Shown piece by piece: positions 19,659 to 30,069 of a stretch of DNA of 64,000 nucleotides; positions within the stretch are counted from its first letter, which is position 1; every line of letters begins with the position of its first letter. Where the stretch lies: positions 96,001 to 160,000 of the forward strand of contig CAXRHT010000001.1 of the NCBI GenBank assembly GCA_964230645.1, read 5' to 3'. The notes under the pieces were generated by a model that saw only the letters and a program-made list of their open reading frames with translations, was not told the DNA's origin and made no database searches. A program made the position numbers and the translations under genes. The DNA comes from Bdellovibrionales bacterium (lineage in GTDB: Bacteria > Bdellovibrionota > Bdellovibrionia > Bdellovibrionales > JAGQZY01).

Positions 19659-21803
19659 TTAATGGAAAGTTCTCTGTGTTTTGGCCATATTTCTCAAAGG
19701 GGTGGTTGGCTTAAAGCGAGTTCCATATTTTGAAGCATAGATCTCTAGGTCATCCACAATTTTTTCGGTCCCCTCTTTGTCGGCCCACCTCAAAAGTCCG
19801 CCGCGAAAAGGAGGGAAGCCTGTTCCCATGATCATAGCAAGATCAAGATCCTCAGCACTTCCAACGACTTGTTCTTGGATAAGTACGAGGGCTGCCTCAT
19901 TGATCATATTGTACATGGCACGTCCGATAATTTCCTCTTCTCCTAAAGGATCCGAGGGAGAACCTAAGCCTAAATCGGAATACACCGATTGATCGACCTC
20001 TGTTTTGCGGCCCTTTTCATATTTGTAAAAGCCTTTGCCATTTTTCTGACCTAAACGATCGGATTTTTCAAGCTTCATCATAAGCTCGGGAAGCTCCACA
20101 CGATCCCCTAGGGATTCTTTAAAAATCTTGGAAACCTTCACACAAACATCGAGTCCTACAGAATCCATCAGTTCAAAAGGTCCCATTGGCATACCGAATT
20201 TTTTAACAAATATCTTATCCACCTTCTCAATGCTAGCCCCTTCTTCAAGATAAAAAGCGGCCTCCATCATGTAAGGGACAAGAAGTCGGTTAACTAAAAA
20301 ACCAGGGGCGTCTTTGACCACCACGGGAGTTTTACCCATTTTTTTAGCGAGGTTATAAACCGTTGCTGTGGCCTCATCACTGGTTTCAGGTCCACGAATC
20401 ACCTCGACAAGAGGCATTTTATGAACGGGACTAAAAAAGTGCATCCCCAAAAAGTTCTCAGGTTTTGGGTGAGCTTTCGCCATCTCTGTCACACTGAGTG
20501 AGGAGGTATTTGTAGCAAAAATGGCGTCCTCTTTAAGAAACTCACAGGTTTCTTTGATCACTTTTTTCTTGATATCCATATTTTCAACGATCGCTTCGAC
20601 CACAACATCGAGTTGTTTAAACCCCGCAAAGTCAGTGCCCCCTGAAATATGACTCATTTTTTCTTGCAGGTCGTACTTAGACATTCTTTTGCGTTGAATT
20701 TTCTTGTCCCAAATTTTTCGAGCCGCTTCGTAGCCCTTGGCAATCGCATCTGTGCTGATGTCTTTCATTCGGACAAAGACACCTTTGTCGGCCGCCACAT
20801 AGGCAATTCCACCGCCCATGGTTCCAGCGCCAAGAACACCCATGTGTTCAACACCGCGCCCTTTAGCATCCCCTTCCACACCATTGCGTCTTTTGACATC
20901 TTCCATCATGAAAAAGAGGTTAATAAGATTACGACTGATCTCTCCGCCAGCCACTTCGCAAAAACCCTCTTTTTCAATGTTCATAGCTTTTTGACGATTG
21001 GAATAACCCACCGTTTTTTTGATCACGTCAAGTGCTACCATAAGGGCCGGGTAATGACCGTGAGATTTTTTTAACGTCATTTTCTTAGCTTGAGAAAACA
21101 CAATAGGTCGTCCTAGAGAGGACTCTAAAAATTTATTCGTCACTCCTTTAGGCTCGTGCACTTTTTTGCGTTTTTTACCACCTTTAGAAATAATATCGCG
21201 AGCCATTTCTAAAGCTTGCTCTTCTAATATAGCCGGATGGACCATTTTATCGACAAGCCCCATCTTTAAGGCCTTCTTCGCTGGAACCATTTTGCCAGCC
21301 AAAATAATATCAAGTGCCCCTTGCACACCCACCACACGTGGCAAGCGCACACAACCACCAAACCCAGGAATAATACCAAGTTTTGTTTCAGGGAGTCCGA
21401 TTTTGGTTTCATCCGCTTCACTGGCAATACGATAATCACAAGCTAACGAAAGCTCACAGCCTCCCCCGGCACAAGCTCCATGGATGGCGGCAATTACCGG
21501 AACACGGAGATCTTCCACAAAGTTCATGATCTCCTGACCACCCTCTACGGCTTGTGCAAAATCCTCTTTGGTCCTAAGTGACTTGATCTCATTGATGTCG
21601 GCACCAGCAATAAAAATTTTCTTTTTTCGTGAAATAATAACGGCGGCTTTGTACTCCGAACTTTTATTGATCTCCTCTAGGAGTTCTTTTAAGCGAGTCA
21701 TGATAGGAGTGCTCATTTTATTCGCGCTCTCACCAATATGATCCCATTCAATTAGGGCCACTTCCCCTTTGGGTGTGATTTTTAAACTTTCCTGTATACT
21801 CAT
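19659..21803 (-). CDS. fadJ: fatty acid oxidation complex subunit alpha (enoyl-CoA hydratase / 3-hydroxyacyl-CoA dehydrogenase)
   Basis: Crotonase domain (FIAGADI, GGGCELSLAC, GLPETKLG) plus HAD domain (GVLGAGTMGGGIA, TNTSSL, GMHFFSPV). Confidence 0.93.
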   Translation of the reverse strand: MSIQESLKITPKGEVALIEWDHIGESANKMSTPIMTRLKELLEEINKSSEYKAAVIISRKKKIFIAGADINEIKSLRTKEDFAQAVEGGQEIMNFVEDLRVPVIAAIHGACAGGGCELSLACDYRIASEADETKIGLPETKLGIIPGFGGCVRLPRVVGVQGALDIILAGKMVPAKKALKMGLVDKMVHPAILEEQALEMARDIISKGGKKRKKVHEPKGVTNKFLESSLGRPIVFSQAKKMTLKKSHGHYPALMVALDVIKKTVGYSNRQKAMNIEKEGFCEVAGGEISRNLINLFFMMEDVKRRNGVEGDAKGRGVEHMGVLGAGTMGGGIAYVAADKGVFVRMKDISTDAIAKGYEAARKIWDKKIQRKRMSKYDLQEKMSHISGGTDFAGFKQLDVVVEAIVENMDIKKKVIKETCEFLKEDAIFATNTSSLSVTEMAKAHPKPENFLGMHFFSPVHKMPLVEVIRGPETSDEATATVYNLAKKMGKTPVVVKDAPGFLVNRLLVPYMMEAAFYLEEGASIEKVDKIFVKKFGMPMGPFELMDSVGLDVCVKVSKIFKESLGDRVELPELMMKLEKSDRLGQKNGKGFYKYEKGRKTEVDQSVYSDLGLGSPSDPLGEEEIIGRAMYNMINEAALVLIQEQVVGSAEDLDLAMIMGTGFPPFRGGLLRWADKEGTEKIVDDLEIYASKYGTRFKPTTPLRNMAKTQRTFH

Positions 21804-21822
21804 TTTACAACCTCAAGACGAC

Positions 21823-23124
21823 TTAGTTTTCGTTTTCCAGTACCATAGCACCCCCTTGACCTCCACCAATACAAAGCGTGGCTAATCCAAACTGGGAGTT
21901 TCTTCTATTCATTTCTTTCATCAATGTTAAAACCAAACGTGTTCCTGTGGCTCCCACAGGATGCCCAAGAGCGATGGCTCCTCCATTGACATTAACTTTA
22001 TCAAAATCCAATTCACCCACAGCCTCAGAAAGGCCGAGTTTTTCCTGGGCAAACTTCTTTGATTCAAAAGCTTTTCCACAGGCAATCACTTGAGCCGCGA
22101 AAGCTTCATTAAGCTCTATAAGATCCATATCTTTAAGACTTAATCCCGCTCTTTTTAACGCAATGGGAGTTGAGTAAACGGGTCCAAGTCCCATTCTCTC
22201 AGGCTCAAGACCGGCAAAAGCATAACTGCGAATGCGAGCCAAAGGTTTTAAACCTTTCTCCTCGGCTTTCTTACGACTCATAAGTAAAACCATGGCCGCA
22301 CCATCAGTGAGTGGGCAGGCATTACCAACAGTGATCGTCCCTGTCCTGCGATCAAAATAAGGACGCAATTTTTGAAGTGCTTCCATACTTTGTCCGTCGC
22401 GAGGCCCGATATCTTCTTCGATCACTTTTTTATAATTGGGACCGATATAAACAGGTGTCATTTCTTCTTTAAGACGACCGGCTTTGGTTGCATCCACGGC
22501 CTTATGATGGGATTTCATAGCGAATTCGTCTTGTTCCTCACGACTGATATGAAATTCTTTCGCAAGAATCTCCGCTGTTTGCCCCATATTGATTCCAACA
22601 AAGGGATCTTTCAGAGCCTCGACAATAGAAACACGAGGGGTCAGATAATTAAGTTTTAATTTTTTAAGAGCTGAGATTTTTTTACCCGTGGTTTTGGCCA
22701 TCATAAATTCCCCGAAAATATCGGCAAACTTTTGATTAAATAACAACGGAGCCTGAGACATATTCTCTGTTCCACCAGCAAGGACGGTGTCCGCAACACC
22801 CGCTTTGATTTTATCAAAGCCACTACTGATGCTCTCAAGGGCTGAGGCACAATTCCTGTGAACCGTGTGAGCCGAAGTCCTTTGAGGAATCCCCGCACGC
22901 AATGCAACAACACGGCCGATGTTAACAGCATCAGAAGGATTACCCACACAACCCACAATCACCTCATCGACTTCTTCGCCATCAAGGTTGGTCTGCGCCA
23001 TAAGCTCCTGCAGAGCAAATTGCCCAAGTTCAGCCGCATGCACTTTTTTAAATTGTGTCCCGGCTTTAGCAAAGGGTGTCCTCACACCTTCCACAATCAC
23101 CACATCATTGGGGCTTTTCTCCAT
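21823..23124 (-). CDS. fadI: acetyl-CoA C-acyltransferase (thiolase)
   Basis: RTPF, HRNCAS (catalytic Cys), NEAFAAQ, GHPVGATG, LCIGGGQG. Confidence 0.93.
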   Translation of the reverse strand: MEKSPNDVVIVEGVRTPFAKAGTQFKKVHAAELGQFALQELMAQTNLDGEEVDEVIVGCVGNPSDAVNIGRVVALRAGIPQRTSAHTVHRNCASALESISSGFDKIKAGVADTVLAGGTENMSQAPLLFNQKFADIFGEFMMAKTTGKKISALKKLKLNYLTPRVSIVEALKDPFVGINMGQTAEILAKEFHISREEQDEFAMKSHHKAVDATKAGRLKEEMTPVYIGPNYKKVIEEDIGPRDGQSMEALQKLRPYFDRRTGTITVGNACPLTDGAAMVLLMSRKKAEEKGLKPLARIRSYAFAGLEPERMGLGPVYSTPIALKRAGLSLKDMDLIELNEAFAAQVIACGKAFESKKFAQEKLGLSEAVGELDFDKVNVNGGAIALGHPVGATGTRLVLTLMKEMNRRNSQFGLATLCIGGGQGGAMVLENEN

Positions 23125-23253
23125 GTTTTAAATCCTCCTACAAACGACTTGCGATCATGCCATTTTTTCCCACCCCTGTCGCCCCATAACAAGCCGAGCA
23201 TTGATGCAATGCTTATTAACAAAAACGCCCAAACAACAAGCACCTTAAAACAA

Positions 23254-23437
23254 TTTTTCACACAGTCCCGTTCTTTGAATTTCGATTCTTGGCATTTGAT
23301 GAAAGCTCGAGCCGCGAGCGCTGCGTATCTCGTAGAGCGGCACGAAGTGACGCCCTACGGGAGACGAAGTGCACCCGCCGGCATGCTTTCAGCAAATGCC
23401 AAGAATCGAAATTCAAAGAACGGGACTGTGTGAAAAA
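23254..23437. repeat. 184-bp palindromic element with perfect 45-bp inverted arms
   Basis: 23254-23298 is the exact reverse complement of 23393-23437; the interior also pairs imperfectly. Confidence 0.92.
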
Positions 23438-23511
23438 CCCCACACCGATTTAGGCCATCGACACGCCTGTGGCCCTGTAGTAAAACGAAGCTTCTAACTG
23501 ACGAGGCAAAT

Positions 23512-25806
23512 ATGGATATCGACAAACCAGCACTGGATTATCATTCTTCTGAACCGGCAGGAAAAGTGAGTGTCTCCTCACCCAAACCCTGTGGCACCGA
23601 ATACGAACTCTCTTTGGCTTATTCCCCCGGAGTGGCCGCCCCCTGTAAGGAAATCGCTAAAGATTCCAAAAAAATCTACGATTACACTTCCAAGGGAAAT
23701 CTTGTGGCCGTAATTAGTAACGGTACAGCTGTTTTGGGACTTGGGAATATTGGCCCTGAGGCTTCAAAGCCGGTGATGGAAGGAAAGGGAAACCTTTTTA
23801 AAATGTTCGCTGGGATCGACGTTTTTGATATCGAACTCAACGCGACGGATGTCGATAGTTTTTGTAACACCGTTAAAGCTTTGGAGCCCACTTTTGGGGG
23901 TATTAATCTTGAGGATATCAAGGCTCCTGAATGTTTTGAAATTGAAAGACGTTTAAAAAAGGAAATGAATATTCCGGTCTTTCATGATGACCAACATGGA
24001 ACGGCGATAATCTCTGCGGCCGCTCTTATTAACGCCGCCGATATCACCAAAAGAAAACTAAGTAAAATCAAAATGGTTATTAACGGTGCCGGTGCTGCTG
24101 CTGTGGCTTGTGGAAGATTATTTGTTTCTCTAGGAGTTAAACAACAGAACATCATTATGTGTGATTCAAGAGGTGTCATCTACAAAGGTCGTAAAGATGG
24201 AATGAATCCTTTTAAAGAGGAATTCGCTATTGATACTAAAAAAAGAACACTGGCTGATGCCGTAAAAGGTTCTGATTGTTTTGTGGGCCTGAGTGTGGCC
24301 GGTGCCATGAGTGTGGATATGCTCATGTCCATGAATAAAAAGCCCATTGTCTTTGCCATGGCCAATCCCGATCCAGAGATTGATCCAAAGGTAGCCAAGA
24401 AAAATAGACCGGATGTAATCATGGCCACTGGCCGCAGTGATTATCCCAATCAAGTCAATAATGTTCTAGGATTTCCTTCGATTTTTAGAGGTGCTCTGGA
24501 CGCTAGAGCCAGCAGCATTAATGAGGAAATGAAGTTAGCGGCTGTCAAAGCCTTAGCCGACCTGGCCCGTGAAGGTGTCCCTGAAAAAGTTTCGGAAGCT
24601 TATGGTGGACAAAGCTTTACTTATGGACCCGAGTACATCATCCCTAAACCTTTCGATCCTCGAGTCATTATGAAAGTCGCACCGGCGGTGGCCAAAGCCG
24701 CAAAAGACTCCGGGGTCGCTCTAAAGCCGATTAAAAATAAGAAAGCTTATGTTGAGAAACTAGAAGCCCTGCAAGGAAACAAGGTCAGTTTTATTAGAAC
24801 TTGTATCAATCGGGTTAAGGGCGGAATTAGAAAATCTAAACATAAACCCCGTATCATTTTCCCTGAGGGTAACACCAATAAGATTTTAAAGGCTGTCAGT
24901 CTCGCCGTTGATGAACAAATCATTGAGCCTATTTTACTGGGAAGAAAAGAGCATATCGTTCGCACGATCGAAGAGCTAGGTCTGGATAATTTAAAGAAAG
25001 TGGATATCATCGAACCCCGTCTTTCTCCTCACTATGAACGCTACAGTGAAGAGCTCTACCAGATGAAACAAAGGCGGGGGATTATGAAAAAAGAAGCCCA
25101 TCGCCTGATGTACGATCCGAACTACTACGCTGCAATGGCCGTCCATTTGGACGATGCTGACGGAATGATAAGTGGTGCAACCATTAAGTACAAAGAAGCG
25201 GTGGTTCCCATTTTGAAAATCATTGGCTCTGGAAATCGTCGAACTGCATCCGGTATGAACATCGTTTTATGTCAGGATAAAATGTACTTCTTTACTGATA
25301 CATCGGTGAACGTTAATCCTGATGCTCAGCAGGTGGCCAATATAGCTATTCACACCTCCAAGGTGGCCGAGTATTTTGATATGAAACCTAAAATAGCCAT
25401 GCTCAGTTACACCAACTTTACCTCTAGGGATGAAAACCCCAAGAAAATGAGGCAGGCCGCTGACATCGTTAAACAATACAATCCAGAATTTGTCGTGGAC
25501 GGAGAGATGCAAGCGGACTCCGCTGTTAACCCTGAAATTATCAACCGAATCTTTCCTTTCTGCGAAATCAAGGATGGGGCGAACATTTTAGTTTTTCCTA
25601 ATTTGGATTCCGGTAACATCGCCTACAAACTCGTCCAGCAGCTCGGCGAAGGCGAAGTGATCGGCCCATTCCTCATGGGTGTTAAAAAACCAGCCCACGT
25701 CGTTCAAAGAACCTCTGTGGTGGATGATATTTTTAACAGTGTGGTTCTCACCTGCCTTCACTTTCAAGCCCTTCCTGAACTCAACGAAGCGGCAACGGAG
25801 AACTAG
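23512..25806 (+). CDS. maeB: NADP-dependent malic enzyme (malic enzyme-phosphotransacetylase fusion)
   Basis: [47 protein letters not shown]-terminal PTA domain ([23 protein letters not shown]). Confidence 0.96.
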   Translation: MDIDKPALDYHSSEPAGKVSVSSPKPCGTEYELSLAYSPGVAAPCKEIAKDSKKIYDYTSKGNLVAVISNGTAVLGLGNIGPEASKPVMEGKGNLFKMFAGIDVFDIELNATDVDSFCNTVKALEPTFGGINLEDIKAPECFEIERRLKKEMNIPVFHDDQHGTAIISAAALINAADITKRKLSKIKMVINGAGAAAVACGRLFVSLGVKQQNIIMCDSRGVIYKGRKDGMNPFKEEFAIDTKKRTLADAVKGSDCFVGLSVAGAMSVDMLMSMNKKPIVFAMANPDPEIDPKVAKKNRPDVIMATGRSDYPNQVNNVLGFPSIFRGALDARASSINEEMKLAAVKALADLAREGVPEKVSEAYGGQSFTYGPEYIIPKPFDPRVIMKVAPAVAKAAKDSGVALKPIKNKKAYVEKLEALQGNKVSFIRTCINRVKGGIRKSKHKPRIIFPEGNTNKILKAVSLAVDEQIIEPILLGRKEHIVRTIEELGLDNLKKVDIIEPRLSPHYERYSEELYQMKQRRGIMKKEAHRLMYDPNYYAAMAVHLDDADGMISGATIKYKEAVVPILKIIGSGNRRTASGMNIVLCQDKMYFFTDTSVNVNPDAQQVANIAIHTSKVAEYFDMKPKIAMLSYTNFTSRDENPKKMRQAADIVKQYNPEFVVDGEMQADSAVNPEIINRIFPFCEIKDGANILVFPNLDSGNIAYKLVQQLGEGEVIGPFLMGVKKPAHVVQRTSVVDDIFNSVVLTCLHFQALPELNEAATEN

Positions 25807-25808
25807 CC

Positions 25809-27083
25809 ATTAAAAACCAACAAGAACAACGCCCCAAAGCCATCGTCCTTGGGGTGGGCTTAAAAAACGAAGGCATTGTTGAGGTCAAATCAAGCCTTAA
25901 CGAGATGGAGGAGCTAGCAACCACGGCCGGTTGGGAAGTGGTGGGTAGCATCACTCAACTTCTCAACAAGTGGACCCCTTCAACCCTTATTGGCTCGGGT
26001 AAAGTCGAAGAGATTGGGCATATCGCCCAGGAATGTGGAGCCGAGTTTATAATTATCGATCATCACCTCACAGGTGTTCAGTCAAGAAACCTGGAGAGCC
26101 ACTGGGAACCCGCCCGAGTTCTTGATCGCTCCCAAATTATTATTGAGATCTTTGCGCAAAGAGCCCGGTCTTATGAAGGAAAACTACAGGTCGAATTGGC
26201 TCAACTCCTTGATCAACTCCCCCGACAGGTCGGAGCTTGGCTTGGCTCTTTATCAAGACAAGGGGCTGGAATTGGTACTCGTGGAGCTGGAGAGAAGGCC
26301 ATTGAGGTCGACCGTCGACAAATTCGCAAGCGCGTGGATATTATTAAAAAGAAGCTTAAAGATGTGCAAAAAAATCGAAAGCAGCACAGAAGTTCTCGGC
26401 AGAAAAACCAGGTTCCAAGTTTTGCTCTGATTGGCTACACCAACGCTGGAAAAAGCTCTCTCATGAATGCCCTCACTCAGTCTGAGGTCTACGCTCAAGA
26501 CCAACTTTTTGCCACTCTTGATCCTACCACTAGAAAAGTATTTTTGGATGAAGGGACTCATGCGGTTATGACGGACACTGTGGGCTTTATAAATAAACTG
26601 CCCCACAATTTGATCGAGGCTTTTAAAGCGACCCTTGAAGAATCGGCCACCTCAGACATACTTCTTCACGTTATTGATTTATCCAATCCCCAAATGGAGA
26701 AACAAATAGACGTCGTCGATAATCTTATCCAAGAATTCGGCTGGGACAACAAACCTCTCATCCATGTTTTCAACAAAACCGATGTGGCCCCCATTCAAAA
26801 CCGCTTTCGAGTCAAACAATCCCCTCGCGTGATGGTGAGTGCAGAAACCGGTGAAGGGCTTGAGGATTTAAAAACCATGATGCTTGAGACACTCAATAAG
26901 CTCACCGTGTCGGTGGAGTTCTTTTTTCCTCTTGAAAAAAAGCACCTTATCTACGAACTACAAAGAGACGCCACCTCTCTTTATAAAGAAGAAAGTAAAG
27001 TGGGATACATCTGTAAAGCGCATATGATTCCTGGCCTCGTCAATAAATGGCAAGATTATCTAGTTAAAAACCAGGGAAAATAA
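25809..27083 (+). CDS. hflX: ribosome-splitting GTPase HflX (start proposed at ATT 25809; first canonical start is GTG 25854)
   Basis: IFAQRARSYEGKLQVELAQL, GIGTRGAGE, GYTNAGKS, LFATLDPT, DTVGFI, NKTD. Confidence 0.94.
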   Translation: MKNQQEQRPKAIVLGVGLKNEGIVEVKSSLNEMEELATTAGWEVVGSITQLLNKWTPSTLIGSGKVEEIGHIAQECGAEFIIIDHHLTGVQSRNLESHWEPARVLDRSQIIIEIFAQRARSYEGKLQVELAQLLDQLPRQVGAWLGSLSRQGAGIGTRGAGEKAIEVDRRQIRKRVDIIKKKLKDVQKNRKQHRSSRQKNQVPSFALIGYTNAGKSSLMNALTQSEVYAQDQLFATLDPTTRKVFLDEGTHAVMTDTVGFINKLPHNLIEAFKATLEESATSDILLHVIDLSNPQMEKQIDVVDNLIQEFGWDNKPLIHVFNKTDVAPIQNRFRVKQSPRVMVSAETGEGLEDLKTMMLETLNKLTVSVEFFFPLEKKHLIYELQRDATSLYKEESKVGYICKAHMIPGLVNKWQDYLVKNQGK

Positions 27084-27238
27084 AAGCAGAGATGTCCTTT
27101 TTCATCTTCAATTCTGTTAAAATTAAGGCCCACCCTGCTTTTTAGGTAATAATTGTTTAATTTCTTACAAGATTCTCTCAGCTCTCCTTATCTGTGGTAT
27201 GACGTCGATGCGAGTAAATCCTATGGGAGGGAATCACT

Positions 27239-27529
27239 ATGAAAAATATAGTCTTAATGACTCTAGCTTGTTTGCTTCCAATTTTTGCTCTTGCCCTTCT
27301 ACCCAATGAAAAACAAAGCCTAAAACTTGAAGAAATGCTCACTAAAACCGTAGAAAAGCAGTCCGGCACACTCGACCGCCTTGAATGTGGCTCTTACTAC
27401 GATGGGATCTCCTGCCTGGCTCAAATCACTTACCAACACAGCGGCGAGAGTCTGATTTGCGAAAACAACTATGTCTACCGTGGGGGCGAGAAATTTTGGC
27501 TCATCGACTCTCAGTGCCAGCCTGAATAG
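27239..27529 (+). CDS. small exported protein with four C-terminal cysteines
   Basis: SD ggaggg; hydrophobic N-terminus; 96 aa. Confidence 0.7.
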   Translation: MKNIVLMTLACLLPIFALALLPNEKQSLKLEEMLTKTVEKQSGTLDRLECGSYYDGISCLAQITYQHSGESLICENNYVYRGGEKFWLIDSQCQPE

Positions 27530-27714
27530 GCAATTTAGGCTTTTTTTAGCCGTTCAGACCCGTTTAAAGGCCTTCAGGCCCCTTGCCAGGGCAATCCGAC
27601 CATTCAGTTGAAAGGCCATAGATTCCATCTCAGAGCTGTGGAACTATGAATGTGTGAAGTTGTTAAAGAGAAAACGACTTCGACTAGAACAAACCCCAAT
27701 GCCTTTATCCCTTC

Positions 27715-27738
27715 GAGGGTCACCCCTAGGTGACCCTC
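27715..27738 (+). promoter_or_regulatory. perfect 10-bp hairpin in the leader of the LytS kinase gene
   Basis: gagggtcacc-ccta-ggtgaccctc, followed by accctttt, 32 nt before the GTG start. Confidence 0.45.
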
Positions 27739-27770
27739 ACCCTTTTAAAGGTGACGACTAAGGAGAATAC

Positions 27771-29327
27771 GTGAGCCTACCCCACTCAATTGAAAATCAA
27801 AATTTCAACAAAGTGGATAGCCTCTTTCGAAAAGTCATCGCTGCTTTTGAAGGTGGTGATGCCCCCTTCTTTTCCCTTTCGCTCTCTACATTTCTTGTGA
27901 GTTTTACATTTTTACTAACTCTTCACACCTCTTTAAGCTCTTTTGCTATCAGCACTCTGACGGTTTTGACCTGGACAAGCTCTGTGGCTCTGATCTATTT
28001 ATCAACGAAATTGGGCTTACATTTCCTCCTTGGCTCCAGAGTGTTCTACGAGCAGTCAAAACGCTTCCTCTTCATATTTCTTAGTATTTTCGTGGCATTC
28101 CTGCTAACGCAACTTATGGTTCAAAATTACGTCTACGAGCCGATATTAAAATACACAAGTCCACTTTCAAGAGGAGACTACTTCCACTTCTTTTCGCCTC
28201 TTCTTATTTACTCCTTGATCCTAGCTGCTATACTCTATCGCATGAAAAATGTGAGCTCCGACCAAGAAGATGTCAAAAAATCCGACGCGACTTTCAGTCG
28301 CTTTTTTGACGATGAGAAAACCGAAAAAGTCACTCTGATTTCAACCGCCTTGATTCTGGGCCCTGGGATGGTTTTTCTCTTACATCAAAACCCCTATTGG
28401 CCGGCGACTCTACAAAGTCAGCTGACTATTGTTGTTTATCTGTCCACACTTTTTCTCTTTTTTAATCTCTATGAGCTTGGGGTGACCCAGGTCGCAACAC
28501 TAGTGATGGGCCGTAAACCGGCTCCCAATTTTTTGCTCGAATACTGCAAATTTTTTCTTACATTTATTTCAACCTCATTTATGATGTACGCTTTGGTGTA
28601 CATTCCTATTTTTCACTACAATCCGAATTTATCAGTGGGCATGTTTATTACCCCGCCTGCGATCTATTCGTTTTTAGCCGCGGCCATCTTTCATCGCTTC
28701 AAACAAATGAAAGATATCGCGTTAAAATCAAAGGTGGCCCAGGCTGAGGCGCAATACTCCTTACTTGAAAGCCAAATGCAGCCTCACTTTTTATTTAATT
28801 CGCTCAATGTTTTATCTGAGCTGATTTATGTGGACCCCGATCTCGCTAACTCAATGGCTCAGAAGATGGCTGATCTTTATCGAGAGATTCTCAATAACTC
28901 CAAGAACAACTTCTCCAACCTTGAGTCCGAAATTTCTATTCTTAAAAAATACGTGGAGATTCAGAAAATACGCTTTGGAGATCGCATCGACTTTTCAGTA
29001 GACGTCTCACCGGCTTTTTACAATTTACAAATTCCAAGCCTGATGCTGCAGACCCTGGTTGAAAATGCGATCAAACACGGCATCTCTCCTAAGCAAGAAG
29101 GTGGCGAGATTAGTCTTTCGGTCACAAAACAAGGCAATATGTTTGAAGTTTGTATTTCTAATACGGGCAACCTTTATAAGGGACACCAGGATTCCAAGCG
29201 CAGCACAGGGTTGCAAAACACCAAAAATCGTTTGGAACTTGCTTACGGTAGTAAAAACTCCTTTCAAATTTATTCTGATAATAAAAGAACCTATGTTAAA
29301 TTTTTCATTACAGGGAGGACCCCATGA
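27771..29327 (+). CDS. LytS/YehU-type sensor histidine kinase with duplicated membrane sensor
   Basis: LESQMQPHFLFNSLN H-box, LQTLVENAIKHG N-box, TGLQN; about 8 TM helices. Confidence 0.93.
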   Translation: MSLPHSIENQNFNKVDSLFRKVIAAFEGGDAPFFSLSLSTFLVSFTFLLTLHTSLSSFAISTLTVLTWTSSVALIYLSTKLGLHFLLGSRVFYEQSKRFLFIFLSIFVAFLLTQLMVQNYVYEPILKYTSPLSRGDYFHFFSPLLIYSLILAAILYRMKNVSSDQEDVKKSDATFSRFFDDEKTEKVTLISTALILGPGMVFLLHQNPYWPATLQSQLTIVVYLSTLFLFFNLYELGVTQVATLVMGRKPAPNFLLEYCKFFLTFISTSFMMYALVYIPIFHYNPNLSVGMFITPPAIYSFLAAAIFHRFKQMKDIALKSKVAQAEAQYSLLESQMQPHFLFNSLNVLSELIYVDPDLANSMAQKMADLYREILNNSKNNFSNLESEISILKKYVEIQKIRFGDRIDFSVDVSPAFYNLQIPSLMLQTLVENAIKHGISPKQEGGEISLSVTKQGNMFEVCISNTGNLYKGHQDSKRSTGLQNTKNRLELAYGSKNSFQIYSDNKRTYVKFFITGRTP

Positions 29328-30058
29328 CAAAAATTTTAGTGGTCGACGACGAGCTTCTTAGCCGCAAAAAAATAAGACGCTTTATCGAACAACGTCCTGA
29401 AACATTCGATGTTTTAGAGGCTAGCAATGGTATCGAAGCTCTCAACCTGATCGAAACCGAAAATCCAGACATTGTGTTTCTTGATATCGAGATGCCAGAG
29501 ATGAACGGTATGGATCTGGTTCAAACTATTGGCACCCCCCATTTTAAATTAATTTTCCAGACCGCATACTCAGAATTCGCTGTCGAGGCTTTTGAGAAAA
29601 ATGCCCTTGATTATATTTTAAAACCCTTCAACCAAGAGCGCTTCAACCAGGCCCTCGACAAGGGGTTGCAAGGCACAACAGATTCAAAGCAACTCACGGG
29701 CCTGACTGACCAACTCAAACAAGACGAGGTCTACCTCACCAAAGTTGTGGTAAAAAGAGGAATGAAAAACACTCTTATTCCTGTTGAGGAAATTCTTTGG
29801 TTCAAAAGTGAAAATCATTACACCTATGTTTGCACCAAGGATTTTGAATACATTTATAGCGAACCTTTAAAGGATCTTATCGATAAACTGAACCCCAATC
29901 AGTTTATGCAAGTCCACCGCAATGCGATTGTGAATTCACAGTACATCAAGGACATTATCCAAGGGGACAATATGAAACTTGTCCTCGATAATGGTGCTGA
30001 GGTACAGGTATCACGATCGAACAAAAAGGTTATCAAAGAACGTATCCTACAACACTAG
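29324..30058 (+). CDS. LytTR family response regulator
   Basis: VVDDE, FLDIEMP, TAYSEFAVEAFE, DYILKP receiver; FMQVHRNAIVN and VSR LytTR domain; ATGA overlap with the kinase. Confidence 0.95.
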   Translation: MTKILVVDDELLSRKKIRRFIEQRPETFDVLEASNGIEALNLIETENPDIVFLDIEMPEMNGMDLVQTIGTPHFKLIFQTAYSEFAVEAFEKNALDYILKPFNQERFNQALDKGLQGTTDSKQLTGLTDQLKQDEVYLTKVVVKRGMKNTLIPVEEILWFKSENHYTYVCTKDFEYIYSEPLKDLIDKLNPNQFMQVHRNAIVNSQYIKDIIQGDNMKLVLDNGAEVQVSRSNKKVIKERILQH

Positions 30059-30069
30059 GATCCCTATCA

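Noticed and set aside
22858..23443. ORFs 22858-23433 (+) and 23258-23443 (-) sharing identical peptide ends
   Set aside because: A by-product of the perfect palindrome; the longer one is antisense to the thiolase.
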